From a virus, in the IMG/VR virus record IMGVR_UViG_3300045988_073020: a DNA stretch of 42,190 nucleotides. One strand, written 5' to 3'. How positions within the stretch are numbered: the stretch's first letter is position 1; the number at the start of each line of letters is the position of its first letter. Both the position numbers and the translations under genes were made by a program. Shown piece after piece: positions 1 through 8,018 of this stretch. The notes below the pieces were generated by a model. The model was not told the DNA's origin. It ran no database searches and saw only the letters and a program-made list of their open reading frames with translations.

Positions 1-55
1 ATATTATGTCGTACATAATGCTATATTGTAGGATACGGAGGGTAAAATCATGAAA
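1..55. repeat. Terminal direct repeat, copy 1 (identical to 42136-42190)
   Basis: Base-by-base comparison of both window ends gives a 55/55 match. Confidence 0.98.
3..19. promoter_or_regulatory. 17-bp palindrome ATTATGT-CGT-ACATAAT upstream of the RHH gene (candidate operator)
   Basis: Perfect 7-bp inverted arms about 30 nt upstream of the ATG at 50. A TATATT -10-like hexamer lies at 22-27. Confidence 0.45.
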
Positions 56-214
56 CCATTGAAATCAAAAGTAAGCATAACTTTAGACGCTGATATTATT
101 GAAAAAATTAAGGAAATGGCAGAAAACGATGATCGTTCATTCAGCCAGTATGTCAACATGGTTTTGAAAGAATATATTTCGAAGGAAAACAGAACTAAAA
201 GAAATGATAATTAG
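50..214 (+). CDS. Ribbon-helix-helix (CopG/Arc-like) DNA-binding protein, 54 aa
   Basis: Hand-translated ORF below the track cutoff: MKPLKSKVSITLDADIIEKIKEMAENDDRSFSQYVNMVLKEYISKENRTKRNDN. SD GGAGGG at 37-43. The beta-strand, helix and DRSFSQYVN pattern is typical of RHH proteins. Confidence 0.7.
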   Translation: MKPLKSKVSITLDADIIEKIKEMAENDDRSFSQYVNMVLKEYISKENRTKRNDN

Positions 215-235
215 GCGGCCCACTACGGACCGCCC
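214..235. terminator. Candidate bidirectional hairpin between the convergent RHH and endolysin genes
   Basis: GGCGGCCC / GGACCGCC stem with one mismatch. The flanking T tracts are weak. Confidence 0.4.
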
Positions 236-241
236 TTATTA

Positions 242-1081
242 TTACTCTGCCAGTCCCGGATACTGCAATGCTCCGTCTTGATCTGGAGTCAGTGTCACCG
301 GCTCCATGACAAGCTTGCCTTCCTGATCGAGATAGTACCACTTCCCGCCGCTCGCCTGCAATCCCTTTACCATGGCGCCATCTGCTCCAAGATAGTACCA
401 GTCTCCCTCATACATATACCAGGTGTCATGTACCATCAGGCCAGCGCCGTTAAACCAGTACCATTTACCGTCTAAGTCCTGATACCAGGCATTACGTACT
501 GGTTCCCCGCTGTTACCGAGATAATACTTCCACCCGCCGTCCTCCTCAAACCAGCCAGATTTTTTCGGTGCTTCCGGCTTCGGCGCTGCATCGTCCTGTA
601 TATACCGCCTGACGCATACCAGCCCCTTTCTCCAGCCTCCCGGCGCCCATGAGTCATACCGGCTCTTGCAATATGCTGTAAGCTGCTTATAACTCGGTCT
701 GCCGCTACCATGGCCGCAGATAATGCCATTACCACAGTACATCTCAACGTGGCCGATTTTTAGTGGACGGCTCTTATCGGTCCCCGCAAATTCCAGCATA
801 TCACTGGGGCGCAGCTGTGAAACGTCCGGAATACCCGCAGCTATGACTATGTCTACGGTTGTCAGTTTGCTCGACTGATATATTCCGGCGGTATTAAGTA
901 TGCCGAAGCTCTGTCCGGCCTCCGCGTATGCATAACAAATAGAACTACTGCAATCACTGTAGTAGTTGCCATCCTTATATTTTTTGAAACAGTAATCACG
1001 TAGATTCTGGCTGTAATAATTGCGTCCAATCAGCATATCATACTTTGCAATTACTGCCTGTCTCTTTTCTTGTGCTGTCAT
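242..1081 (-). CDS. Endolysin: N-terminal NlpC/P60-like cysteine peptidase plus C-terminal cell-wall-binding (choline-binding-type) repeats
   Basis: Cys motif YSDCSSSICYAY and His motif IGHVEMY. C-terminal GW/YY repeats (GKWYWFNGAGLMV, GDWYYLGADGAMV, GKWYYLDQEGKLV). The start is moved to the ATG at 1081, which follows AGGAGG. Confidence 0.85.
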   Translation of the reverse strand: MTAQEKRQAVIAKYDMLIGRNYYSQNLRDYCFKKYKDGNYYSDCSSSICYAYAEAGQSFGILNTAGIYQSSKLTTVDIVIAAGIPDVSQLRPSDMLEFAGTDKSRPLKIGHVEMYCGNGIICGHGSGRPSYKQLTAYCKSRYDSWAPGGWRKGLVCVRRYIQDDAAPKPEAPKKSGWFEEDGGWKYYLGNSGEPVRNAWYQDLDGKWYWFNGAGLMVHDTWYMYEGDWYYLGADGAMVKGLQASGGKWYYLDQEGKLVMEPVTLTPDQDGALQYPGLAE

Positions 1082-1188
1082 AAAGCCTCCTATCAAAAAA
1101 GGCCCAGGATTCCCCCAGGCCCATTAATAAGTACAGTATCACCGGCTCTTACCCTGCCGGCCGGGAGATACGCGGATCACCTCCGGCG

Positions 1189-1677
1189 TTAACGGCCGCC
1201 ACCCTGATAATCTGTATTGTCGATCTTATCCTTTAATACCGCGATATACTTTAGCAGCCATTCAGGCACCGCAGCGCCCATTCTGCCAGCGTTTTCGATG
1301 ATAGATAACAGTTCATTAAGCAAGTACCAAACTGCCACCAGTAGGCCAAAAAATGCGCTGGCATGAACCGTAAATCCCAGGTGACCTGATACCACAGCAA
1401 TCACATAGTCAACTACCATTGCAACGGCAATCACGCAGAGATAGCCAACTTTTTTAATGATCCCCTTTGCGCCTCTTCTGGAACTCCACCCATAATCAGG
1501 ATCATTCGGATGGTCAATTGCCTCAGTCTTACTCGCTAACATACCGGTTATGTAATCTACAACCATCATAGCCGCCAGCGCACATAGTACCGGAAACAGG
1601 ATTCCCAGTTTATTACTTAAATAGGCGCCAGCCGCAGCCAGCACTCCCTGAACTCCAATTATATATTCTCTTTTCAT
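1189..1677 (-). CDS. Holin (phage_holin_4_1 / toxin secretion-phage lysis holin family)
   Basis: Multi-TM 162-aa protein directly upstream of the endolysin. Conserved DYITG and NELLSIIEN motifs. SD GGAGG. Confidence 0.85.
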   Translation of the reverse strand: MKREYIIGVQGVLAAAGAYLSNKLGILFPVLCALAAMMVVDYITGMLASKTEAIDHPNDPDYGWSSRRGAKGIIKKVGYLCVIAVAMVVDYVIAVVSGHLGFTVHASAFFGLLVAVWYLLNELLSIIENAGRMGAAVPEWLLKYIAVLKDKIDNTDYQGGGR

Positions 1678-1681
1678 AGCC

Positions 1682-1795
1682 TTATTCCTCCGGATTCTCT
1701 ATCAACCAAGCTTCTGTCTTCGATCTCCAGAAGTTTGGTACCTCATTGATAGTAATAATACCGCGCCTGATTCGCAGACCGTAGAATGCACCCAT
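1682..1795 (-). CDS. Small 37-aa phage protein of the type commonly found just before holins in Clostridia phages
   Basis: Hand-translated: MGAFYGLRIRRGIITINEVPNFWRSKTEAWLIENPEE. SD GGAGG 8 nt upstream. TAATG overlap with the upstream gene. Confidence 0.6.
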   Translation of the reverse strand: MGAFYGLRIRRGIITINEVPNFWRSKTEAWLIENPEE

Positions 1796-2175
1796 TATAC
1801 TGTACCTCCTTCTGCCAGTGTTCCAACTGCTTCACCGAGATCACCGATTGCTCCGTCATGTACCGCATGGCCTTCCTCCAACGCGTCCAGACGCTTCTCC
1901 TCGTCTGTTTTTTCACGTAAGCTATACGTTGTAAAGACAACGCCATCAGTAGCGATTACGGACGTCTCAGTCACAAGCATGAGATCAGTATAATTTCCTA
2001 CAACGGTACCGTCTCCATTTTTGATTTGTACGGTTGCGAGATTATCCGGCGTCAATGTCTCCCATGTTGCCACCATGGCCATCCGATCAGCTGCCGCCAC
2101 CTGTAAGGCTCCCAGGCTTGCGCCTGCCTCCAGTTCGATAATAGTTCCATTTTTTAAAATCATAGTGTCCTTCAT
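1795..2175 (-). CDS. Hypothetical phage structural or tail-associated protein
   Basis: 126-aa ORF in operon context between the fibre and lysis genes. No recognisable motif. Confidence 0.6.
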   Translation of the reverse strand: MKDTMILKNGTIIELEAGASLGALQVAAADRMAMVATWETLTPDNLATVQIKNGDGTVVGNYTDLMLVTETSVIATDGVVFTTYSLREKTDEEKRLDALEEGHAVHDGAIGDLGEAVGTLAEGGTV

Positions 2176-2251
2176 GTACGGACTCCTTTCTCCCTTTCGG
2201 GTATAAAAATAAGAGCCTTTCAGCTCTAATTAACAGGTTTCTTATTCGTGA

Positions 2252-2266
2252 AAATAGTGATTTAGC
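2252..2266. repeat. Inverted repeat, left copy (AAATAGTGATTTAGC): candidate inversion crossover site
   Basis: Exact reverse complement occurs at 2873-2887. Confidence 0.9.
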
Positions 2267-2267
2267 A

Positions 2268-2516
2268 AAAGCAGTCTACTCAAGTAATCTTATGGCTCCT
2301 AGTGATGGCCCTGTTTTTCTCCGCTGGGATGTTGATACGTTAAATACACCCTTCAAAGCAGGACTTACATATAATACTGCTGGATTTGCCTTTGTGTATG
2401 GCGATTATTCTAACTATCAAACGGTAGTGGCCTTTGTTCAAGGACAAAGTTACTTTTTTATTCATAGTGTTGATAGCGGAAATGTTCATGGATGGAAGAA
2501 ATTCCCTGCTAATTGA
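2268..2516 (+). other. Promoterless alternative tail-fibre C-terminal cassette (82 codons) in inverted orientation
   Basis: The frame is open from 2166 to 2516 and continues in frame through the repeat (aat agt gat tta gc = NSDLA). There is no SD before the only ATG (2292). It converges on the fibre stop with a 4-nt gap. Confidence 0.65.
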
Positions 2517-2520
2517 TCAT

Positions 2521-3306
2521 TTAATTTGTTGAATATGAAAAGCTTGCAATTATATTTCTTGTGTTTTCTCCATATGTAGTTGCTTTGATTTTTCCTTCAA
2601 AAAGTATTATTCCGACAGGGTGGTTTATCGCACCGGGCTCTTCACCTATGCCTGATGCGCCTGTTGGATATATAGGAAGGAACCCATCAGGTAAAATACC
2701 GATATCAACATAAGTGTTTGTATTAATTACACTATTATCAGCTTTTCTTATTGCCAGATTGATAACACATATCCCTGAAGATTTATCTTTTATGATCCGG
2801 GTGGCCCATGTTCCATAGATGGCATAACCAGGGTTTAATGTAATATCTTTGACAATTAATCCAGTTATGCTGGCTAAATCACTATTTAACTGAGTAATCT
2901 TGTCATCGAGGGACTTCCCCATCGGACCGCTTAATACGGTTGTTGCGTCCGTCGCAAGCAGATTATTTACGATCTTACTTTTCTCAATGAGTTTTGTCAT
3001 GACCTTATCGGCGATCGCGTCAATTAGTTCCTGAGATGTCACGCTTGCTCCTGCCTCTCTCAGTACTCCGCTTGTATCCACAGCGGTGATTGCAGAAAGT
3101 GCCTCAGCCGCAAAGCCACGCGCCATATACTTCCAGTTCGCTCCCGGTGCAGGAGTTACTCCACGTAAATTATCCTTCAACGCAACCCAAGTACTCCCGT
3201 TATAATATACCACATCACCGGTTCGATATGTGGTACCTGACGCATAATTTCCTTTGTCCACAAAACCTATGCGTCCTAATTCTGTATATCCTTCTGGTGC
3301 TGCCAT
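2521..3306 (-). CDS. Tail fibre / receptor-binding protein (currently expressed variant)
   Basis: N-terminal YRTGDVVYYNGSTWVALKDN...PGANW carbohydrate-binding-like motif common in phage fibres. ATG at 3306 lies 9 nt after GGAGG. Position is downstream of the upper fibre gene. Confidence 0.8.
   Translation of the reverse strand: MAAPEGYTELGRIGFVDKGNYASGTTYRTGDVVYYNGSTWVALKDNLRGVTPAPGANWKYMARGFAAEALSAITAVDTSGVLREAGASVTSQELIDAIADKVMTKLIEKSKIVNNLLATDATTVLSGPMGKSLDDKITQLNSDLASITGLIVKDITLNPGYAIYGTWATRIIKDKSSGICVINLAIRKADNSVINTNTYVDIGILPDGFLPIYPTGASGIGEEPGAINHPVGIILFEGKIKATTYGENTRNIIASFSYSTN
2873..2887. repeat. Inverted repeat, right copy (GCTAAATCACTATTT) inside the tail-fibre gene
   Basis: Reverse complement of 2252-2266. 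Encodes NSDLA (about aa 142-146) of the fibre. Confidence 0.9.
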
Positions 3307-3331
3307 CAAATAGTACCTCCTCTTTTCTTTT

Positions 3332-3877
3332 TTATACCATAATTTTCCAATAGAGCACTGAATCCACGACAGTAAAATTCACACCTACCCCCGCTTTTAT
3401 ATAGAGGGTTGATTCTGCCGGATCAAAATAAAAACCAGGCGCTACAATCTGCGAGTACTGCGCGGCCCTGTCTGCGTCGTTTTTGGCATTGTCCGCATAA
3501 GTCCCGGCCTGCCTGCTGTAATACTCGCTGTTATTGGTATTCTCTCCCTCTCGCGTCCCGGTTCCACCGATTGCCCAGCTTTTTGCCTCCGTAGCACTTA
3601 CTGCGGAGTTTGTAGCCTGCTCTGTAGCACTTCCGAGAATATCATCCGCATGATTCAAGGTTTCATTTGCTCTCGCTGTTGCCGCATTCGCATCGGTCAC
3701 AGCTTCATTGGCTAAAGTAATTGCATTATTAATTCTTGTAACTTGCACCGCTACGTTAGCTACAACATTTTCACCCTCTTTATTGACCTTTTCAGCCAAT
3801 GAGATCATAGAGCCACGAACGTCTTTCCCTTTCCGCGCGCTCCTGAAATTCTCTATTTCTCTGCTTATATCTGCCAT
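3332..3877 (-). CDS. Tail fibre / upper baseplate-associated structural protein
   Basis: Ala/Asn-rich coiled N-terminal half followed by a beta-rich C-terminus. Lies between the Tal block and the fibre. SD GGAGG. Confidence 0.65.
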   Translation of the reverse strand: MADISREIENFRSARKGKDVRGSMISLAEKVNKEGENVVANVAVQVTRINNAITLANEAVTDANAATARANETLNHADDILGSATEQATNSAVSATEAKSWAIGGTGTREGENTNNSEYYSRQAGTYADNAKNDADRAAQYSQIVAPGFYFDPAESTLYIKAGVGVNFTVVDSVLYWKIMV

Positions 3878-3896
3878 GTTTCACCTCACTTTCCTC

Positions 3897-4550
3897 CTAT
3901 CCGACCAACTGTTTAACACTGTTTTCCTGAATGAAATCTCTGATTTTATCATATCCCCAGCCACAATTAATAAGGCCGCTGACAAGCATTTCCATAGATT
4001 GAACCGCAGATAATTCCTCAACAGTAAACCTATCTCGTAAATTGTCCTGGCTTCCTATTCCATATAATTCTCTGAGCTGCTTCGCATTTTTCCCGAATAT
4101 CGCCTTGTAAATTGCATTTGTATAAGTAGAGTACGCATGTCCATGCATTCGTTCGTTTTCCTGGGAACGCTGAAGTGTATTTGTAAGCGCTTGCCGTACA
4201 GCTATACCTTTTTCACGTTCCTTCATTTTACCGATTAATGCATTTTCCATAGCATTGAACTGCTTTATGTATGCAAGTTTAAATTTAATAGCCTTTTCTC
4301 CTGTATATCCCATTACAAGCAGTGTGAAACCATCTCTTGTCATGTAATACATCGGGTTCTTTTTTCCATTCGTCGCTACATAATAGCTTTCACTGAATAG
4401 CCCCGAAATATCGGGGCTACTGATACTCGCAGATAAATTTCTTATATCCTCAATTACGTGGTAGTGTTCTTTCCCGAATGTTTCAGCAACATCTAAACTT
4501 GTGCATGTGGCAACTTCTTCTTTATTAAATTTTCTGATTTCCACTAACAT
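3897..4550 (-). CDS. Rha family phage regulatory protein (moron inside the tail module)
   Basis: The N-terminus (TSLDVAETFGKEHYHVIEDIRNL ... MTRDGFTLLVMGYTGEKAIKFKLAYIKQFNAME) matches the Phage_pRha pattern. Has its own promoter and SD. Confidence 0.8.
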   Translation of the reverse strand: MLVEIRKFNKEEVATCTSLDVAETFGKEHYHVIEDIRNLSASISSPDISGLFSESYYVATNGKKNPMYYMTRDGFTLLVMGYTGEKAIKFKLAYIKQFNAMENALIGKMKEREKGIAVRQALTNTLQRSQENERMHGHAYSTYTNAIYKAIFGKNAKQLRELYGIGSQDNLRDRFTVEELSAVQSMEMLVSGLINCGWGYDKIRDFIQENSVKQLVG

Positions 4551-4590
4551 AGATTCTTATCCTCCGATCTATTTTCTGTTTTTGGCATAG

Positions 4591-4617
4591 AAAAAGAGCA
4601 CCTGTTTTCAGGCGCTC
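4591..4617 (-). terminator. Hairpin plus U-tract in the 5' leader of the rha gene (attenuator-like)
   Basis: On the minus strand: GAGCGCCUG-AAAA-CAGGUGCUC followed by UUUUU. It lies between the promoter and the rha SD. Confidence 0.55.
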
Positions 4618-4639
4618 ATCACTGGTTTTCCTATTTTAA

Positions 4640-4673
4640 ATTGTAGCACATTTGGGTGTGACAAACGTGACAA
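4640..4673 (-). promoter_or_regulatory. Extended -10 promoter (TGcTACAAT) preceded by two TTGTCAC direct repeats
   Basis: rc of 4640-4648 is TGCTACAAT. TTGTCAC occurs at rc 4658-4664 and rc 4667-4673. Confidence 0.5.
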
Positions 4674-4686
4674 TTTACTTGACACA

Positions 4687-4716
4687 GAAAAAGAGCGGGG
4701 AAATTATCCTCGCTCT
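4687..4716 (-). terminator. Rho-independent terminator of the secreted-protein moron
   Basis: On the minus strand: AGAGCGAGG-loop-CCCCGCUCU followed by UUUUU, 13 nt after the stop codon. Confidence 0.7.
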
Positions 4717-4728
4717 CTGTAATTTTTA

Positions 4729-5286
4729 TTATTCATGGCTTGTGCACGCTGGCACGTACTGGGTATCCAGCCATGCCAGAAATTCGGGATTGTCTGAGTT
4801 GACTACTCCATCAGCTCCGGTTGTCAGGCCATCGTAATATTCGTAGCCCTCCATTAATTCTCCATATCCATTAAAGGCGTATAAAACATCATCTATTTTC
4901 GTTACTCCCAGCGGGATGGTCTTATCATCAAACTCGAATGACCATATTCCTTTTTCGCTCTGAGTCCACTTCCCAGAATATGTGTCCCTCTTTTTTACAA
5001 CACCGGTTCCATCATCCCCATTTACCGCCCACTGTGGAAGCAGTCCCATATTGAATTTTCTCTCAATATGTTCTCTCTTTAGTTTATCATCCTTAGTTGT
5101 AAACTGTACACAATGCTCGTCATTAAGCCACGTCCATTCATATGATGAATTTTCCTCTTCATTCAGCGGAGATTTACGTATGAAATCACCATTAACTACA
5201 TCAGCCATAGCAAACGAACCAAAAAGCAAACTAAATGTTAAAACAATAGTCAGTAAAGACATTTTTTTAAACATTTTATATTTCAC
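4729..5286 (-). CDS. Secreted protein of unknown function (signal peptide; moron)
   Basis: N-terminus KKMSLLTIVLTFSLLFGSFAMA|DVV is a Sec signal without a lipobox Cys. Visibly AT-richer than its neighbours. Has its own promoter and terminator. Confidence 0.75.
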   Translation of the reverse strand: MKYKMFKKMSLLTIVLTFSLLFGSFAMADVVNGDFIRKSPLNEEENSSYEWTWLNDEHCVQFTTKDDKLKREHIERKFNMGLLPQWAVNGDDGTGVVKKRDTYSGKWTQSEKGIWSFEFDDKTIPLGVTKIDDVLYAFNGYGELMEGYEYYDGLTTGADGVVNSDNPEFLAWLDTQYVPACTSHE

Positions 5287-5300
5287 CCCTTTCTGACTAT

Positions 5301-5329
5301 ATTATATCATCTATATACCTTCGGTTCAA
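5301..5329 (-). promoter_or_regulatory. Near-consensus sigmaA promoter TTGAAC-17-TATAAT for the secreted-protein moron
   Basis: rc of 5324-5329 is TTGAAC and rc of 5301-5306 is TATAAT, with a 17-nt spacer. The -35 overlaps the stop of the Tal gene. Confidence 0.65.
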
Positions 5330-7320
5330 CCCTCCAATCCATCTATTCTATCCCTCAAATCTCTTACTCTGCCATACAAATCCTTAAACATATCTAGTGC
5401 AGACATATTTTCCGTCCAAGGATCATCGAAAATTATATCTCCTGTGACAATACCACTATAACCAACACGGGTTATCATTCCATCTCTTTTTAATTCAAGT
5501 GCTGGCCCTGTTCCATCAAATTCTTGAGTAGATAATACAATAGAATTACCTGCATCTTTACTATATATAGTCATGTCAGAAATGCCAAACCCATTAATCC
5601 ATGCATAATTTTCAGTAATCAGCACATTCCCTATATTGATCTCACCAGAATTTATAATCACTGATCCGTCGCTGTCCACCTCAAATGTACCATTACCGAT
5701 ATTAATCCTGCCGCCTATAATTGATGATCCTTTGATGGTACTACCCTCAATAATGCCAAGAAGCACATGCAAGCCGGTCTTATCCCATGTACCGATCACC
5801 TCGCCCTGTGCATTCTTAACGGTAATGCTCCCATCTTTCGCCAGGCCAGCGCCGCCCACCTCGAGAATGCCGCCGCGAATTCTGTCCGCCAGCATCGTAC
5901 CGGATGTTATGAAATCAGCCACAAGATTACCATCAATCGTCCAGGCATTCCGGTATGGTCCATTTATGCCGGTTGTAGAAAAGCCAAGGCCGTTCTGATT
6001 AAGCTGAATCACATGGGTAGCCGTGTTCTTATCCGGCGTGTTCATCACCAGGATTCGCCATGGGTGGATTTTCTTACCGGTAACGGGGTCCTCGACGTCC
6101 AGAACCACATACCCACCAAGTCCGCCAGTAATCAATGAGGTGGCATTCTCCACCTTACGCCTGATCTCGCTCGAGGCAGATTCCCCTACCTTCTTTATGG
6201 AATTTGATAGTTCCACCTGCTTACTTACATTTGCAGCTGTGAATGTCTTTACGGTTGATCCAAGGGATATACTCCCTTTTTTCGGATCGTCAAGATATAG
6301 GTCAAGCCTCGCAAGCAGCATATCTTTCTTAACCCCGTGGGGCTTGCTCTCCGCGGTTGTCCACCGGCCAACCTTAAACCTACGGATATCTACCCCCGCA
6401 TAATTAAGATCAAGAGCCTTAACGGTTAGTGTATCCGGTATGTTGGTCAGTTCCTTAATCAGTGCTTTCGCCTTTTCAAGTAGTACGGAAGGCTCCGTTA
6501 CATCAGCCCATTGATAGGTGACTGTTATGATTCCATATTCATCAACCACGCTCTGATCTGCCGTAATATAATCGCTTCCGTCATTCACAGACGTGATATC
6601 AACGGTTTTTGTCTGCACTTCCCCGTTCTCGTCTTGGTACTCCACTTCCGCGCCATAAGGTATTAACCGCGTAGCGATTTCCGTCGCATCCTGGTATTTC
6701 GTCAGATCAAGCAGATTCACTCCGAAACGTATCTTCTGCTCATTGTATCCGCCATGGTCATAGGTGTAATTAAGATACTTCTTACCGCCCTTATACTCCA
6801 CGTACAGGCAGCCCCCATACTTGCTTATCAGATAGGTATTAACCGTGTTCCATGTGTTTTCCAGTTTTGTGCTTTCCCGCTTAATGTTGGATTCATCATC
6901 GACCACATTCACGGTTCCAAGCAAAAACTGTTTTCTTTCCTCCACCTGACGATTATGGTTATCAATCAGGTAGGCCAGGAAATCACGGATATTACCGGTA
7001 TGGGAAAACGGGCGCTGGATACTGTCGATCAAGTACCCCATGCTCCCCTCGCATACAATCTTCTTTACATTGTAAAAATCTGCTTCATCCGAAATTGCCC
7101 GCCCCTCATAAAGCAGCTCCCCATCTTCAATCACCCGTATGATGGATTTTAGTTTCTTGATGGTATTATAATACTCATGCATTGGGGGAATCATAAATTC
7201 TAATTGCCCAGTCTTATTAATGGTTAATATAAGGCGCGGCTCAAGCACTCTTAAAACGTCACTTTTCTGGTCATGTATGGGGTATACATGGCCGTCTACG
7301 ATATTCTGTATCAGATACAT
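5326..7320 (-). CDS. Tail-associated protein Tal / phage minor structural protein (prophage endopeptidase tail family, baseplate hub)
   Basis: 664 aa, immediately after Dit. The N-terminal pattern is typical of siphophage Tal. The C-terminus has Gly/Ile-rich beta-helix repeats. Confidence 0.8.
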   Translation of the reverse strand: MYLIQNIVDGHVYPIHDQKSDVLRVLEPRLILTINKTGQLEFMIPPMHEYYNTIKKLKSIIRVIEDGELLYEGRAISDEADFYNVKKIVCEGSMGYLIDSIQRPFSHTGNIRDFLAYLIDNHNRQVEERKQFLLGTVNVVDDESNIKRESTKLENTWNTVNTYLISKYGGCLYVEYKGGKKYLNYTYDHGGYNEQKIRFGVNLLDLTKYQDATEIATRLIPYGAEVEYQDENGEVQTKTVDITSVNDGSDYITADQSVVDEYGIITVTYQWADVTEPSVLLEKAKALIKELTNIPDTLTVKALDLNYAGVDIRRFKVGRWTTAESKPHGVKKDMLLARLDLYLDDPKKGSISLGSTVKTFTAANVSKQVELSNSIKKVGESASSEIRRKVENATSLITGGLGGYVVLDVEDPVTGKKIHPWRILVMNTPDKNTATHVIQLNQNGLGFSTTGINGPYRNAWTIDGNLVADFITSGTMLADRIRGGILEVGGAGLAKDGSITVKNAQGEVIGTWDKTGLHVLLGIIEGSTIKGSSIIGGRINIGNGTFEVDSDGSVIINSGEINIGNVLITENYAWINGFGISDMTIYSKDAGNSIVLSTQEFDGTGPALELKRDGMITRVGYSGIVTGDIIFDDPWTENMSALDMFKDLYGRVRDLRDRIDGLEG

Positions 7321-8018
7321 TACAAGCTTCCTCCCCGGTATATTACCGTCACAGTCCCTTTTCCAGAAAACTGCAAGTGATATTCTCCATTTCCAATTAA
7401 TATGTCAGTGATATAATTCACACCGGCGCTCAAAGCATATTCAACGCCTTCAAATATCACTTTCATGGCTTCGGAACACTCTATTTTAGGGATAACAGGC
7501 ATAGGGCTTCCGTCAACTACAAGATCATATGTACCATTTACCGCTATGTTTCCATACTCCCGGATGACTCCGGTCTCGAAATCGAACGGGTCCCATAACC
7601 AATCCTCATCCGATGCAAGCAGGTCCAGTTTATACGGCTTGCAGTCAAACGTAAGTGTAATCTTACCGTATCTGCGATTATTCTTTTCATATTCGCATGT
7701 TCCCCGGCCGTCATAGTAATATCCCTCATCAAAATCAAATATCAGCTTTACTGGTTTTCCATGCAGATAGTTGCTGATATCACTGATTCTCGCGGCCCAG
7801 TTACTATATCCCTTATCCTCAAAATCACATTCCACCTTTATTTTCCGGTTCTCATACCGGGTTCCGAAATAGTCCGTCATATCAACGTAACCATCGGCGC
7901 CCGGTATGTCAATAAGGCTCTTTTTTACTTCCGGCAGACCTATATTGACCGAAATAATACGTAGCCCGAAATCTCGGTAAGAATGCTTTTCGTCATTAAA
8001 TGTGATTCCTATAGGCAT
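7320..8018 (-). CDS. Distal tail protein Dit (phage tail family protein)
   Basis: 232 aa directly after the TMP. N-terminus MPIGITFNDEKHSYRDFGL...IDIPGADG is typical of Sipho_tail/Dit. Confidence 0.8.
   Translation of the reverse strand: MPIGITFNDEKHSYRDFGLRIISVNIGLPEVKKSLIDIPGADGYVDMTDYFGTRYENRKIKVECDFEDKGYSNWAARISDISNYLHGKPVKLIFDFDEGYYYDGRGTCEYEKNNRRYGKITLTFDCKPYKLDLLASDEDWLWDPFDFETGVIREYGNIAVNGTYDLVVDGSPMPVIPKIECSEAMKVIFEGVEYALSAGVNYITDILIGNGEYHLQFSGKGTVTVIYRGGSL

Noticed and set aside
1-55. The terminal 55-nt repeats as attL/attR of an integrated prophage
   Set aside because: The repeats sit exactly at the window ends with no host genes outside them, and they contain a phage gene start. 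The integrase arm-type repeats lie about 3 kb away, next to int. Circular closure is the simpler explanation.
50-214. The RHH protein as the antitoxin of a type II toxin-antitoxin pair
   Set aside because: No toxin-sized ORF is co-oriented upstream or downstream. The next gene is the convergent endolysin, and upstream is a divergent 50-aa membrane protein.
2292-2516. The 74-aa plus-strand ORF as an independent gene starting at ATG 2292
   Set aside because: There is no SD or promoter upstream. The frame is open well upstream of the ATG and is continuous, in frame, with the inverted-repeat codons shared with the fibre gene. A silent fibre C-terminal cassette explains it better.
2521-3877. Diversity-generating retroelement targeting the fibre genes
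   Set aside because: No reverse transcriptase ORF and no template/variable repeat pair were found in the window.
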